Below, piece after piece: positions 19,563 to 33,658 of a DNA stretch of 64,000 bases. Every line of letters starts with the position of its first letter. Position 1 is the stretch's first letter. The DNA is from Eledone cirrhosa (lineage: Eukaryota). The DNA lies in the NCBI GenBank assembly GCA_964016885.1, contig OZ024751.1:4588001-4652000 (forward strand), given 5' to 3'. A model generated the notes under the pieces. That model was not told the DNA's origin. It saw nothing but the letters and a program-made list of their open reading frames with translations, and searched no databases. The translations under genes and the position numbers were made by a program.

Positions 19563-20699
19563 AGACATAACGGTAGGTCTGTCTTTCTGATAGAATGGAG
19601 TCGACTCTGATTACACAGTAACAAAACATAACTATGGGCCTGCTTAATCTGGGAAGGGCGAGCTATATAACAACCACAACCATAAAATATAGTCCTGGTC
19701 TGCCCTACAGGGTTAACTGGGGGTTATACATCCACCACAACAATAACAAAGTACTTATTTGTAACTATTAAAAAATAAACCATCGGACCATCGAGTGGAT
19801 TAAAAAACAAGTATATTTGAAGTTTAGGATAACAAACGTGTGTACAAATTCGCCACCAAACGAGGTAAACATTTTCAACTTTCCCCTTTTTTTGCATGAG
19901 TGTATACTTTGTCCGAGACAACTTCAAAATATTCTTCAAGGAACTGGATTTTCCATTCCGTTGGATCACTTAACTCCCAGAGTCATTCGAACGGATTTTA
20001 CCATTTACAATCTACGGAGAGGAATAACAGATCTTCGGAAGGAAAAAAAAAAAAAATTTTTTAAAGGATTGGTTGTGGCAACAACGTAGGGAACCAACCT
20101 GGAGCAATTGTATCACACAATTATACATTCCTCCTTAACCTACACTTACAAATTTTCAAAAACAAACCCCCCAAATATAAAATTAAAATAAATAATTATA
20201 AATGGCGAGGAACCACCACTAGCTTCACAAGAAGAGATTACACATGGCACCATCCCATATCCCTCTTGAAATAACCTGAATTTATTTATAGTCAGGTGTG
20301 ACTGAAAGGTCAATCCATACTTCCATTCTATTTCACAGAATTAGAAGCTTTGACCACTTGATAGAATTCAGGACCAGTAATGTAATCACTGTAATTGTAA
20401 ATATCTTGTATCACTATCATTCAGGTTTTGATTTTACTGAAGTCTTGCCCATGTGTTTATTTTTTCTTTTCTTTTTTTTCTTTCTTTTTTACACAAACTC
20501 ACAATTTCGGTTTTTACTGTGGATTTACCCATGTGAACTATTACGTAGACTGACAGCTTTAGATTTTGTATTTCTAGCGTTTTTATTTTCCTTCTCTTTG
20601 CATGTTCAGTGCTCTTTCTCTCCCACTGTATTTACCTGCCTCTCACATGACCACACTCCTCTCCACGCACTCATAATCTTCTCACCCCTTCGCCACCTT

Positions 20700-23600
20700 C
20701 CATCCCTCCCCTTGCTCACCCCTTACTTCGTCCTCGTGCACAGCCCACCTAGGTATTCGTTCAACCCGCCGGTGGCCCGATGTTTCGACCGAACTATCAC
20801 CGGCGATTGCCGATTGCTAAAGTTGCCATCACTTTAACCTAGTCCACTCTAGGTGGCGGTGGCTTGCGTCGAACGACCAAGAGACCTGCTTGGTGGAACG
20901 ACTATGTGACAAACGGTCAGCCTCCGACCTCTCATTCTCCACCAACTGCGGCACGCACGAGAGGAGCTAACTTTCCCTCACCTACCCCCTCCTTCCCTTC
21001 ACGGCAGATTCCGAACAAATCCAACCCGGTCAACCACACCACCCCTACAACTGTTAGCTCACCTCCCAAACTCCGCTTTAGTCCCACCGTTAGAACCACT
21101 GCTGTCTCCTTTACTGATTCACTCCCTCCACCGAATTCCAACGCTGGCCCTCTACTGCCGGCTGTTGCCAGCCCACCACCTGATTGCGCCCTCTGTGCCC
21201 GCACTAGCCGGTACTTAAAGACAATTAAATGTCACCTATGAAGGCTACCACAGAAGCTGTGTCGGCATCACCAAAGCTCAAGCCGAAAGGCTTCAACACT
21301 GGACCTGTGATCGGTGCCACTTCAGCTCCGACGTATTCCGTGAGGATGCCCCACGCTTTGATGACCAACTCTCTACCGACGACTTTGCTACAGCCCTCCA
21401 GGGCTTCTCCAAATCAAAGCTCGTTAACCGGATCCCTAAGGGAGCTCGGAATAGCTTTGCACATGCCCTCTCTAATTTACTGAAAAACGTTTGATCGTCC
21501 AACAATAGGTCTGACTGGTAGAAATTGTTTTTGTTTCCCCTCATCTCTCTTCACGTGCATAATGCGAACTCGGGTTCCCTCACATCCTCTCTCAAGCGGC
21601 AGTTCCAGCTGTTTGAGTCCACCCCAACCATGTCTCATCTCAGTTCGACACCGAGCTCGGTGTCCACTAACAGACAACCAGTAGACCTCAAGCGAGCGGT
21701 CAATGCTAAATTCAGCGAATTTGACATTAAAGGGGCTGTCCGTCTCTTCTCTTCTCTATCCTCCCTTGCTCCGTGCAACTCTGACTCTCTTGAGCGTCTG
21801 AAAGAGAAGCACCAATCGGCACCCCCAGATGATCAGCTACACTGGCCCGAACCACCAGAATACTTGAGATCGGTTTACACCACCGATATCATCAGAAAGG
21901 CGATTTCATCCTTCCCCGCTGGGTCAGGCGCGAAAATTGATGGCCTTCGTCCTCAACACCTCAAGGATGGTATCTCCTTATCGGCCGGTGACGCCGGACT
22001 AGAGCTCTTGGAGAGTCTGACTCAGTTTGTGAATCAGTTCTCTTCAGTGAACGTTCTCCCGTTCATCCGCCCACTGTTCTCGGTGCGAAGCTATTTGGTC
22101 TCACCAAGCCCAACGGGGACCTGCGCCACATTGCGGTTGGCTTCACTCTTCGCCACCTCACTGCCAAGCGTGTTTGCTGTTGGTCTCCGACTCACTGGCG
22201 GAGGAATTTCCCCCCATCCAGCTGGGGGTGGGTACCAGGTTGAGATGTGAGGCTGCTGTCCACGCTGCCAGAGCATTTGCCAACTTGCCCTCCTCGTCTC
22301 CCAAGGTCATCCTCAAACTTGACCTCAGGAATGCCTTCAATTCCGTCAGCCGCGATATCATCTTCGGCTCAGTAAGAGAGAGGGTCCCACAACTCTACCA
22401 CTTTGCTTGGCAGCCTTATCGGGAGCCCTCCTACCTCTCTTTCCGTGACCAGATCATCACCTCTGCCTCAGGAGTCCAACAGGGTGAATTACTCGGGCCC
22501 GCACTGTTTTCAGATGACGTCACGAAGATGGGGGCTGAGTTGGACCTCAATGTCTGGTACCTCGACGACGGCTGTTTGGGGGGAACTCCGGATATGGTTC
22601 TCGCCACTGCCAACAGAATGGTGGAGGAGCTTGGCCGCCGGGGTCTCCAGATCAATAGCTCCAAATGTGAGCTCTGGATCCTCAACCACCCGGCTTCTCA
22701 ACACCAACAGCTGATCGACCTGTTCGCAGAGTCCTTCCCTTCCATTGCGGTCCCTCCTCCGTCGGCTTGGTGCTCCTTAGGAGCCCCAATCACAGACCTG
22801 GCCTTCGAGACAACCTTCCAATCGAAGATGATTGGCCTTGAGCAGCTGCTGAGGAATATCGAAGTTATCGAACCCCATCAAGGTTTCTTCATACTCAGGA
22901 ACCACCTGTCTATTCCTAAGCTTCTGTATCTGCTCGGGGTCAACCCCTCTCACAGATTTCCGTCCTGCCTCCAACGCTTCGACGACCTAATCTTCGAGAG
23001 ACTCGAGTGTCTGGTCAACGTTAGACTCTCTCCAGAGTCTCGCGATCAGGCTGCGTTGCCCAAGCGATTTAGGGGTCTTGGTCTCCGTAAGTGTTTGTCC
23101 CTCTCTCTCCCCTGCTTCCTTTCCTCCACCCACGCTTGCTCCACCCTGGTGAGCAGCATCCTCTCCTCTCCAACATGGACTAGTTCCAACAGGGAGTTGG
23201 GTGAAGCTCTCCAGCGGTGGAGGGGGCTGGGCTTGTCTCTTCCTGAGAAGGTGGAGGACAGTCGAAGTCAGAGAGTTTGGGACAGCATAAGTTCGAGGGC
23301 CACCTTCGACTCCCTCTTCGTCCAGTCAGATCAATTTGCAAGGTGCCGCTTACTATCTGCCAGCGCCAAATACTCAGGCGACTGGGTCGATGCCCTACCC
23401 GTGGCCAACGTTGGTGGCCTACTCAGCCTGGACGAACTTCGTGTCTCCATCGCCCTCAGATTGGGAGCCGACGTCTGCATGGGTTTGAGGTGCCGATGCG
23501 GCAAACTCCTCGACTCTACAGGCCTCCACGGTCTTTCTTGCCGCCTGAATGCCGGCCGCTTCGCGCGTAACACGGAGCTAAACCTCATTCTGAAGAGAGC

Positions 23601-23925
23601 TTTGGCCCGGGCGAATATCCCCTCGGTCTTGGAAGCATCTGGGTTGTCCAGAAGTGACGGCAAAAGACCTGACGGTCTTACCCTGTGCCCCTGGTCGAGA
23701 GGCAGGTGCCTTGTCTGGGACGTCACTGTTAGTGCCTCCTTTGCTCTTTCCCACATCCTGGATGCTGCGGTTAGGACGAGAGCCACAGCTTCTGCAGCCG
23801 AGCGGAGTAAGACCCTCAAATACTCTGCTCTGTCGACCAGCTACATTTTTCAGCCTGTGGCTTTCGAGACGTTTGTGGGAGTCGGGCCGCTGACTGCGAG
23901 GTTCCTTTCCTCACTGGCGGCTAAT
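20700..23925 (+). mobile_element. CRE-clade non-LTR retrotransposon (PHD-like finger, RT, Zn knuckle, restriction-like endonuclease), frameshifted, 3' end missing
   Basis: CALC..YHRSC..WTCDRC across frames; DGLRPQHLKD; QLGVG..CEAAVHA, KLDLRNAFNSVSR, GVQQGELLGP, WYLDDG; CRCG..HGLSC; RPDGL..CLVWDVT; PVAFET. Confidence 0.88.
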
Positions 23926-23955
23926 AATGTTATTATAAACGTGAATAAAGTATGA
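22174..23955 (+). pseudogene. RT-RLE ORF of the CRE-like element
   Basis: 593-aa ORF, continued upstream through frameshifts (21525-22250 and earlier). Confidence 0.85.
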
Positions 23956-23959
23956 AGCA

Positions 23960-23994
<35 letters not shown>

Positions 23995-23996
<2 letters not shown>

Positions 23997-24215
23997 AATA
24001 TAAATCAATAAATAAATATATACACAAGTACAATAACAACAAACACACACTAGTGAACAAAGATAGAATACAAAACCACATAGACTCAAACACGAACACA
24101 CACACCAAACAGAAAACACACACGCAAACGCATGCACAAACAGAGAAAGAGACAAGAATAAATAAATAAATAAAATAAAAAGGGCGTAGACATTACACTA
24201 CAATGAAGAAAAGAA
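23995..24215 (+). repeat. Copy of the 3' tail of the PLE family at 45620-48063
   Basis: Matches the reverse complement of 45865-46050. Confidence 0.75.
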
Positions 24216-24706
24216 GAGAAGAAAAAAAGAAAAAATGTTCTACTTCTACCTAAGTATGCTTGGGGTTCCCTCTATTTTAGTTTGTAAATAGGAAAGAGAT
24301 ACAGCCGAGATCTCCCCAGCCGGGTTGTGAGAGGGTTTGAAAGTCACTCCGCGTGACAGAAAAGAAAAACAATTTTTAGGATTGTTTGATATGATACTAC
24401 TGCTATGTTTTGATTACATGCCCATATATGGACTGTACCCCTTGATAAGTTCAGCTAGATCACTACTGTCCTAACATTACTGGTTTAGTTCGGATCTAAC
24501 TTTTGAAACGGCCGGAGCTCAGCCGCCAGGGTCCTAACTCTTTTGCTATGTATATATATATATATATATATATATTGAAGAGTTAAACAAAATTCAATGA
24601 GTTTTACAGTAGATTGGAAGCACTCTACGGTAAAATAATTAATATTAGAATATAAATAATTAATATTAGAATATAAATATTAATAAAATAGATGTTCTTT
24701 TGATCA

Positions 24707-24769
24707 ATTACATTTTATTATACATATTTCTGATGTACAACAGTACGTCCTCATCAGACAAAATATAAT
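24707..24769 (-). ncRNA. HHR in the left inverted arm
   Basis: Reverse complement of 29009-29071. Confidence 0.7.
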
Positions 24770-27700
24770 GATACATGACATACCCTGAGATGTTAAATGG
24801 TTAAGATTTAATCAAGGTAGTGATTAACCTAAGAGAAAATTTAACATTTATACCCTAATTATGAGAAAATGCGAAAACGTAATAAATTCAATAGAGAATG
24901 TGCGAGTAAGAAAAACGTTGCTTAATGTACCAGTTATCGAGATTTTAATATGTATGATACTACAATTTATCTAGGAAAGCATTCCATGAATTATAACAGT
25001 CAGTGAGAGAAGTGGGGTAATGTATGCAGAAGGAAATTTTTTTTCCGCAAGTTAAACGGTTAAGTTTGAAAATATTTAATTTATGTTATCTTAGGGTGAA
25101 GAATCAATATTTTAGGTTTTTTTTTTTAAATTGGTGGTTATTTATATATTAGTTTTGTAAATTTTATAAGTGTGTTAACATTTATAAGCTTCTGAATTTT
25201 TTGATGATAAGATTAAAAGGGTTTAGCTGGCCATTATTAAGGAAAGTTTACACTGTTGAATATTTTCCTAAATGTAATCTTTAATGAAGTTAGTCGTTGT
25301 CAACGTATTAGGTATGTAAAGCTTTTGAAGTACTTATTGTTATACAAATTTAAATAACGGTTATGTATATAGATATATATTAATTAATGAGCCAGTATAT
25401 TTTAGGTAAATGATAATGAAAATAAAATAAAAATAAAATAATAGATTGAGGTATGTTAAAATTAAATATATACCCATATATAACCGTGTGTACATGTATT
25501 AATTATTCCTAGCTCAAAGTAAAAACAATAAAAAAATTTAGAAGTAAACTGAAAATTATGTATATAAAGATACTGGGAGTTATATATGGATATACTTTAG
25601 GTAAATGATAACGGTTATAATTTTATATAATAAAGTTCTACATGTTAAAGTTAAATACATATATATATATATAAGAAAAACAATAATAAATGCATGGATA
25701 ATTCATAGTTCGAAATAATGTTTATAATAATTTGTAATTTGGATATTTGCTCTATATTTGAATCATGGATATAAGAATGCGGTAGGTATATTTAAAAACA
25801 TAGAAAATATAATTACATACACATTATAAATAAGAGATGCATGAAAAATTCACAGTTATAAATAAGTTCAGTAAAGATGTAAGGGTTGGATACAAAACTC
25901 AGATTTAAAACTTAAGTAGGAAGATAAGGATAGAGAAATAAAGAAATAACGGTATGGATCAAAGTTAACAGAATAATGTTATGTGTATCAATGTTCCGGC
26001 ATGTTATTGAACAAGTGATATTGGAGTAATCAGTAAAAACATCATAGATAGAATATTACCCACTCTTAAATTGAGATCTAAGTTGAGCTTGTGGAAAGAT
26101 ACAAATGAAGTCATAGAATGGTACAAAAGTATAGAAGATAAGAAAAACCATAAATTCACCCAGATGAAGTAGCTACTATTCTTCCATAACACATAACCTT
26201 CTAAATAAGGCTCTTTCATATGCTTATAAACATACTGATATAACCACGGATGAAATAGATATAATACTAACAGCTAGAAGAACTCTTATTAACTTCAACA
26301 ATGAATATTGGACCCGCTCAGATAGAGATAAAAACTTTGATATCACTATGGGGGCATCCGATTCCGCGCAAATCACAGATCTTCTGGGAATTTTCATATT
26401 AAATATGATAAATAGAAAACTGCCAGAGATTACCGGTGGTTTATATAGGAACGACATTTTATTTACGGTGGTCAAACACAACAATATAGAACTAACTAGA
26501 GTAAAGAAAAGTATAATAGAATTCTTTAAAATGTACAACCTTAAGTTAGAAGTAGAAAATGGTACCAAAATAGTTAATTTCCTAGACGTTACCTTTAACT
26601 TAAACACTGGCTTCTATTACCTTTTTCATAAACCCAATGAAAACTGAAACTATGTTAGTAAACATTCCAATCACTCTAAATCTGTAAAAAAAGCTATAGT
26701 AAATAGTGTGCAAAAACGAATTAATAAAATATCAGCCAATAAACATATATTTGAGGAAAATACTGAATACTATAACAACGCGTTAAAAAGATCAGGATAT
26801 ATGAATAATATAGAATATGTAGATAATAATAATTCAAGTATTAATCTTAATAAAAATAATAACATATATAAGAGAAACTCTTAATTATAATTCAAACACC
26901 CATACGCCAAATAAATCGAGGATAAGAACTAGAACTAAACCAGTCATATGGTTTGCCCCCCCCCCCTGCTTCTGTCGCAGTTAAAACACCAATCGCAAAA
27001 TTATTCTTTAAAGCTCTTTCCCTACTCAACATAAATACCATTCCTTTTTTAATAGACATACCATTAAATTATCACATTCTACAACCAGTAACATGGCCCA
27101 AAACATCACCAAATTAAACACTAAAATCATAAAACAAAACCAGCATAATGATATTAATAATAGAGTTAACATAAATGATACTAAACCTAAATGTAATTGT
27201 AGAAATAAAACTGATTGCCCTTTGCAAAATAATTGTTTAGATAGTAATTTGGTTTATAAATGCACCGTAAAAACTGATCACAATACCTACAACTACATAG
27301 GATCCACTTCTTCCACTTTTAAAGCCAGATTTGCGAACCATAAATGCTCATTCTCGAACTCAAAGAGGAAATCATCCACGTCTTTATCACAGCTCATATG
27401 GTCATTAAAAGAGAAGAATTTAAAATACTCCATTCTTTGTACAAAACTTCGGAACTGTGGAGTTTACCACAACTCTAGTATATCAAATAACTGCGCACTC
27501 TGTACAATGGAGACCCTGTTGATTATTAATAACTACGAGACCCTAATTAACAAAAAAAGTGAATTATTCTCTAGTTGCCTCCACAAAGCTACGTCCACAT
27601 TCTTAGCCTCCCACAAAACGAGAGAAAAAGAGAGAGAAACATTAAACCATTAAAAACTTAGTTGTCAGATATATAAAATCAACAGGGAAAAACTTTAGTG

Positions 27701-29008
27701 GCCTTTAATATTGCACTATCTTATAACTATCTATAGAAGAAATAGCGCTCGAATGAAAGACACTTGTTCAATAACATGCCGGAACATTGATACACATAAC
27801 ATTATTCTGTTAACTTTGATCCATACCGTTATTTCTTTATTTCTCTATCCTTATCTTCCTACTTAAGTTTTAAATCTGAGTTTTATATCCAACCCTTACA
27901 TCTTTACTGAAATTATTTATAACTGAATTTTTCATGCGTTTCTAATCTCTTATTTATAATATGTATGTAATTATATTTTCTATGTTTTTAAATATACCTA
28001 CCGCATTCTTATATCCATGATTCAAATATAGAGCAAATATCCAAATTACAAATTATTATAAACATTATTTCGAACTATGAATTATCCATGCATTTATTAT
28101 TGTTTTTCTTATATATATATATGTATTTAACTATAACACGTAGAACTTTATTATATAAAATTATAACCGTTATCATTTACCTAAAGTATATCCATATATA
28201 ACTCCCAGTATCTTTATATACATAATTTTCAGTAACTTCTAAATTTTTTGACTGTTTTTACTTTGAGCTAGGAATAATTAATACATGTACACACGGTTAT
28301 ATATGGGTATATATTTAGTTTTAACATGCCTCAATCTATTATTTTATTTTTATTTTATTTTCATTATCATTTACCTAAAATATACTGGCTCATTAATTAA
28401 TATATATCTATATACATAACCGTTATTTAAATTTGTATAACAATAAGTACTTCAAAAGCTTTACATACCTAATACGTTGACAACGACTAACTTCATTAAA
28501 GATTACATTTAGAAAAATATTCAACAGTGTAAACTTTCCTTAATAATGGCCAGCTAAACCCTTTTAATCTTATCATCAAAAAATTCAGAAGCATATAAAT
28601 GTTAACACACTTATAAAAATTACAAAACTAATATATAAATAACCACCAATTTAAAAAAAAACCCCACAATATTGATTCTTCACCCTAAGATAACATAAAT
28701 TAAATATTTTCAAACTTAACCGTTTAACTTGCGGAAAAAAAATTTCCTTCTGCATACATTACCCCCTTCTCTCACTGACTGTTATAATTCATGAAATGCT
28801 TTCCTAGATAAATTGTAGTATCATACATATTAAAATCTCGATAACTGGTACATTAAGCAACGTTTTTCTTACTCACACATTCTCTATTGAATTTATTACG
28901 TTTTCGCATTTTCTCATAATTAGGGTATAAATGTTAAATTTTCTCTTAGGTTAATCACTACCTTGATTAAATCTTAACCATTTAACATCTCAGGGTATGT
29001 CATGTATC

Positions 29009-29071
29009 ATTATATTTTGTCTGATGAGGACGTACTGTTGTACATCAGAAATATGTATAATAAAATGTAAT
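29009..29071 (+). ncRNA. Type I HHR in PLE 3' tail
   Basis: ATTATATTTTGT-CTGATGA-GGACGTAC tgtt GTACATCA-GAA-ATATGTAT-A-ATAAAATGTAAT; 12-bp stem I, imperfect stem II. Confidence 0.7.
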
Positions 29072-29106
29072 TGATCAAAAGAACATCTATTTTATTAATA
29101 TTTATA

Positions 29107-29149
<43 letters not shown>

Positions 29150-29154
<5 letters not shown>

Positions 29155-31218
29155 ATATATTAATAAATGGAAGCTATATTTATAAAACCATAATTATTTT
29201 ATTATATATATTTCAAGGGCAACCAAGGCAAATTTTGGTGCGCTTTCATCAGATAAAATACAAATTTGTTTTATAAATATTGACATACCCGCATAAAGAC
29301 AACCTTAACGGTTGAGGTTTGCTGGCTAGTGGAAAAAATATTTTATTGAGAGTGATTCAAAGTTATGAGTGAGTATGCAAATGAGTGTCAGAAAAATTGA
29401 AAAAACAACGGTTTATTTAAATTAAACTGTTGGAAGAAAATAGTGAAAGGGAGAGAGAAAAAATATTGAAAGGGAGAGAGAAAGAATAGCGAAAGGGAGA
29501 GAGAAAGAATAGGGGAAAAAAAGAGAAGGAGAAAGAGAGAAGAAGAAAAAGGGAGAAAAAAAGAGAGACAAGATTGTGCAGAGTGATAGTGAAAAAATTT
29601 AAGGAAGAGCGAGCGAAGAAATGAGCTTTTCCAGGGATGAATACTCAAATCGTAAATATAACGTTCTTATATGCTATGTTTATATTAAACCTAATATTAT
29701 ATTTATAATGATAAGTTAAAAATTAAATGCAGAATAAATTTAAAATAAGTTAAAAATTAAATTAAGAATAAATAAAAAATACTGTTAGATTTAATTAAAA
29801 ATAAGGATATATTATAATAAAGAAGTATTTAAAATATATTAAGATGTATTAATAATATATGGGTTTAGATGGGTATGTTATGTTATAGATGATAAATTAT
29901 TTAAATGTATAGTATTTTACATTGGAAACTATTTAGAATCTAGTTTTGTTTATTTAATTAAGGTAAGTTTGGCAAAATTATATTTAGCCAGAATCTGTTA
30001 ATAGTTGTAAGTCAAATCTTAAACACCTAAAAAACACATAAAAAATTAAGAAAATTCCAAAGATTACGAAAAATTACGAGAGTTTACAAATGATTAAGTA
30101 CTTAATTATAAGTATATACTAAAACCATTTAAATATTCAGACTATAAATTAAGACTATAAAAATTGAGATTATAAAAAACAATAAGGAAGTTTAAAAGAG
30201 ATTTTTTTTAAATCTCAAAATGACTCCAAGGATACATAAAAATTCATCTTAAAATATAATTAAAACATAAACATATATTATTCCAAATATATAGAAATAT
30301 TTTAAAATGTTTAAAATATTGGAAGATATAAAAATAATAGTTTTTCCGTAACTTTCAAAAAATCTTTCAAAAAATTTTCAAAAAGTCTTTCAAAAAAATC
30401 TTTTTTAATTTTCGTAAACCTTTCATTAAAAGAATTTCAAGTAGTCATTCAAAAAGGTTATGATATATTTTTGGAGGTAGGATAGATAAGTGTAATAATA
30501 TAAAGTATATTTATGAAGTAGAAATATTAGAAAGTAAAGGTTTTAAGGAGAAAATTAAAAATTTAATAAGTGAATTTTATATATTTACGAAGTTATTAAA
30601 ATTAGAATTATATTAAATTCTTGAACCATATATGGATATAATCTGAGGAATGAGATTATAGGTGTTTGGATAGAGAAAACATTATGTAAGGAAGATTAAC
30701 CATATATTACATTTTATATATATATCTAAAACTTGAATTTAAACGATGTTTACAAGAACTAAATAAGTTATTACGCAAATTAATGGAGTTCTTACATTTT
30801 AGTATAAAGAATATTTCTTCAACTCATAGGCTGCAAAATTTGGATAAAGCTGTGTTTCTGTAGGCTGGTGCTTTGGAGACAATATTCCAAGATAAAGAAT
30901 AGTTTATATTTTTGGATTTTAAGTTCCATAATAAGTTGGATAGAGAGGTTGAAGATTTTTTTACCAATATTCGTAAAGGAACATTTATGGTTATTGAAAC
31001 GAGATTTGAAGTCTGTCGAAGTAGAGCCGACATAGTTAAAGGAATTATCATTGGTTTTGACATTGTAATTGTATACTACATTTTTAACTAAACATTTATT
31101 ATTTAAAGGACAGTTAAATTTATTTCTACAATTACATTTATCAGAATTTATATTATTGGGAACAGTATCATTATATTGGATATTGCTAGAGCTATTAATG
31201 CTATTCTGGTTAAGTTTC

Positions 31219-31222
<4 letters not shown>
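29150..31222 (-). mobile_element. 5'-truncated PLE (GIY-YIG + long AT-rich tail), tail-to-tail with the previous PLE
   Basis: ORFs 30819-31223/30824-31063: CNCRNKFNCPLNNKCLVKNVVY..YVGSTSTDFKSRFNNH..STSLSNLLWNLK. Confidence 0.85.
29194..29260 (-). ncRNA. Type I HHR
   Basis: Minus: TATTTTAT-CTGATGA-AAGCGCACCAA..TTGGTTGCCCTT-GAA-ATATATAT-A-ATAAAATA. Confidence 0.75.
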
Positions 31223-31774
<552 letters not shown>

Positions 31775-32002
31775 TATATGTATGTATATATATATATGTA
31801 TGTATATGTATGTATATATATATGTATATATATGTATATATATGTATATATATGTATATATATGTATGTATATATATATGTATGTATATATATATGTATG
31901 TATATATATATGTATATATTTATATATATATATATTTATATATATATGTATATATTTATATATATATATATTTATATATATATTCATATATTTATATATA
32001 TA

Positions 32003-32085
<83 letters not shown>

Positions 32086-32135
32086 ATATTTATATATATG
32101 TATGTATATATATATATATATATACATATATATAC

Positions 32136-32900
32136 AAGAAAAAGTTTCAAAATAAATTTAAAAAAATTAACTTTACTTACTATGGTTACCTTTACCGAAT
32201 CGGTTTCGAGTCTCAAAAATAAACGGACAGTCCATACGGCATCCGTTGCAAAGATGAATTCTCGTCAGAAGGATCTTTTCACTCGGAGAATATAAAATTT
32301 CCGAGTTCAAATTAGGAACTGGCGCTATTCAAAATTGTTCCCGAGATGAGAATAAATGAAGTGGAAGCAATTCTTTCAAGTGCCGTGTGTAAAGATAGAG
32401 GCAGAGGCAGGGAGGTCAGTCTGCTCCCACTATAACTAGCAGCAGTCAGAACGACCAAATTTTTTCTCAACCAAGAGGAGGATAATAATAATAAAGTATA
32501 TGTTCCTACACGCACAAGGCGCTTAGGGACACATGTATTGTCCAACCATATGCCAATGTGGTTCAATGGCAGGTTAATAAATTAACGAGCCAGAACATAG
32601 GGTTTAGCCAGAACAAGGTTTAGCAAATAAGAAAAAGTTACACACGGCACTTGAAAGAATTGCTTCCATTTCATTTATTCTCATCTCGGGAACAATTTTG
32701 AATAGCGCCAGTTCGTAATTTGAACTCGGGAATTTTATATTCTCCGAGTGAAAAAATCCTTCTGACGAGAGTTTATCTTTGCAATGGATGCCGTATGGAC
32801 TGTCCGTTTATTTTTGAGACTCGAAACCGATTCGATAGTAAGTAAAGTTAATTTTTTAAAAATTTATTTTGAAACTTTTTCTTATTTGCTAAACCTTGAT
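32136..32900. mobile_element. Inverted-repeat mini-element (~255-bp arms 32136-32391 / 32638-32884) with HHR
   Basis: Arms are reverse complements with few differences; TA flanks. Confidence 0.85.
32189..32272 (-). ncRNA. Type I HHR (plus-strand copy 32759-32835 lacks the cleavage site)
   Basis: Minus: CCTT-CTGACGA-GAATTC..GAGACTC-GAA-ACCG att CGGT-A-AAGG. Confidence 0.75.
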
Positions 32901-32901
32901 T

Positions 32902-32975
<74 letters not shown>

Positions 32976-33091
32976 ATATATATATATTTATTAAAATAAC
33001 AGATTAAAGTTTAAGCAAAGTATCGCTGCTTTCACCCTTAACGGGATCTCCTATATGTATATATGTATATATATATATGTATATATATATG

Positions 33092-33202
<111 letters not shown>

Positions 33203-33264
33203 ATGTATATATATATACGTATGTATATATAGATGTATATGTATGTATATATATATATGTATGT

Positions 33265-33655
33265 AGGCCATAGTATCTAGAATAAGGACGGGTTGGAAGA
33301 AAGTTAGGGAGCTGCTTCCTCTGCTGACGAAGAAGGGTTTCTCCCTGCGTACGAAAGGCCGGTTATATGATGCCTGTGTGAGATGCACGATGCTGCATGG
33401 TAGTGTGACATGGGCAGCAACTGCAGAGGATATGCGACGGCTGGAGAGAAATGAAGCAAGCATGCTCCGTTGGATGTGCAATGTCAATGTGCGTGAACGA
33501 CCAATAATAGACGAATTGAAAGAGAAACTGTGTATAAGAGGGACAAGTTGTGGTGTGCAGGAGAGAAGATTGAGATGGTATGGACATGTGATGCGCATGG
33601 AAGATGACCGCTGGGTAGAGGAAGACCACGAAAAACATGGGCGGAGCTGGTGAGA
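33265..33655 (+). mobile_element. RTE-clade LINE 3' fragment
   Basis: [60 protein letters not shown]. Confidence 0.88.
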
Positions 33656-33658
33656 GCT

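Larger units (their letters stand above)
24576..29115 (+). mobile_element. 5'-truncated PLE with ~1.35-kb inverted repeats (24662-26017 / 27761-29115)
   Basis: Decayed RT 26018-26800 (FDITMGASDSAQITDLLG, GLYRNDIL, VNFLDVT), GIY-YIG ORF 27093-27653 (CNCRNKTDCPL..VYKC..YIGST); arms are near-exact reverse complements. Confidence 0.92.

Noticed and set aside
20745-20830. HDV-like ribozyme at the 5' end of the CRE element (TCCTCGTG, GCTAA, GCCGGTG/CACCGGC hairpin)
   Set aside because: Could not build a consistent P1-P2-P3-P1.1 nested pseudoknot by hand
24576-29115. DNA transposon with long TIRs
   Set aside because: Interior encodes PLE RT/GIY-YIG, not a transposase; arms are the PLE 3' tail
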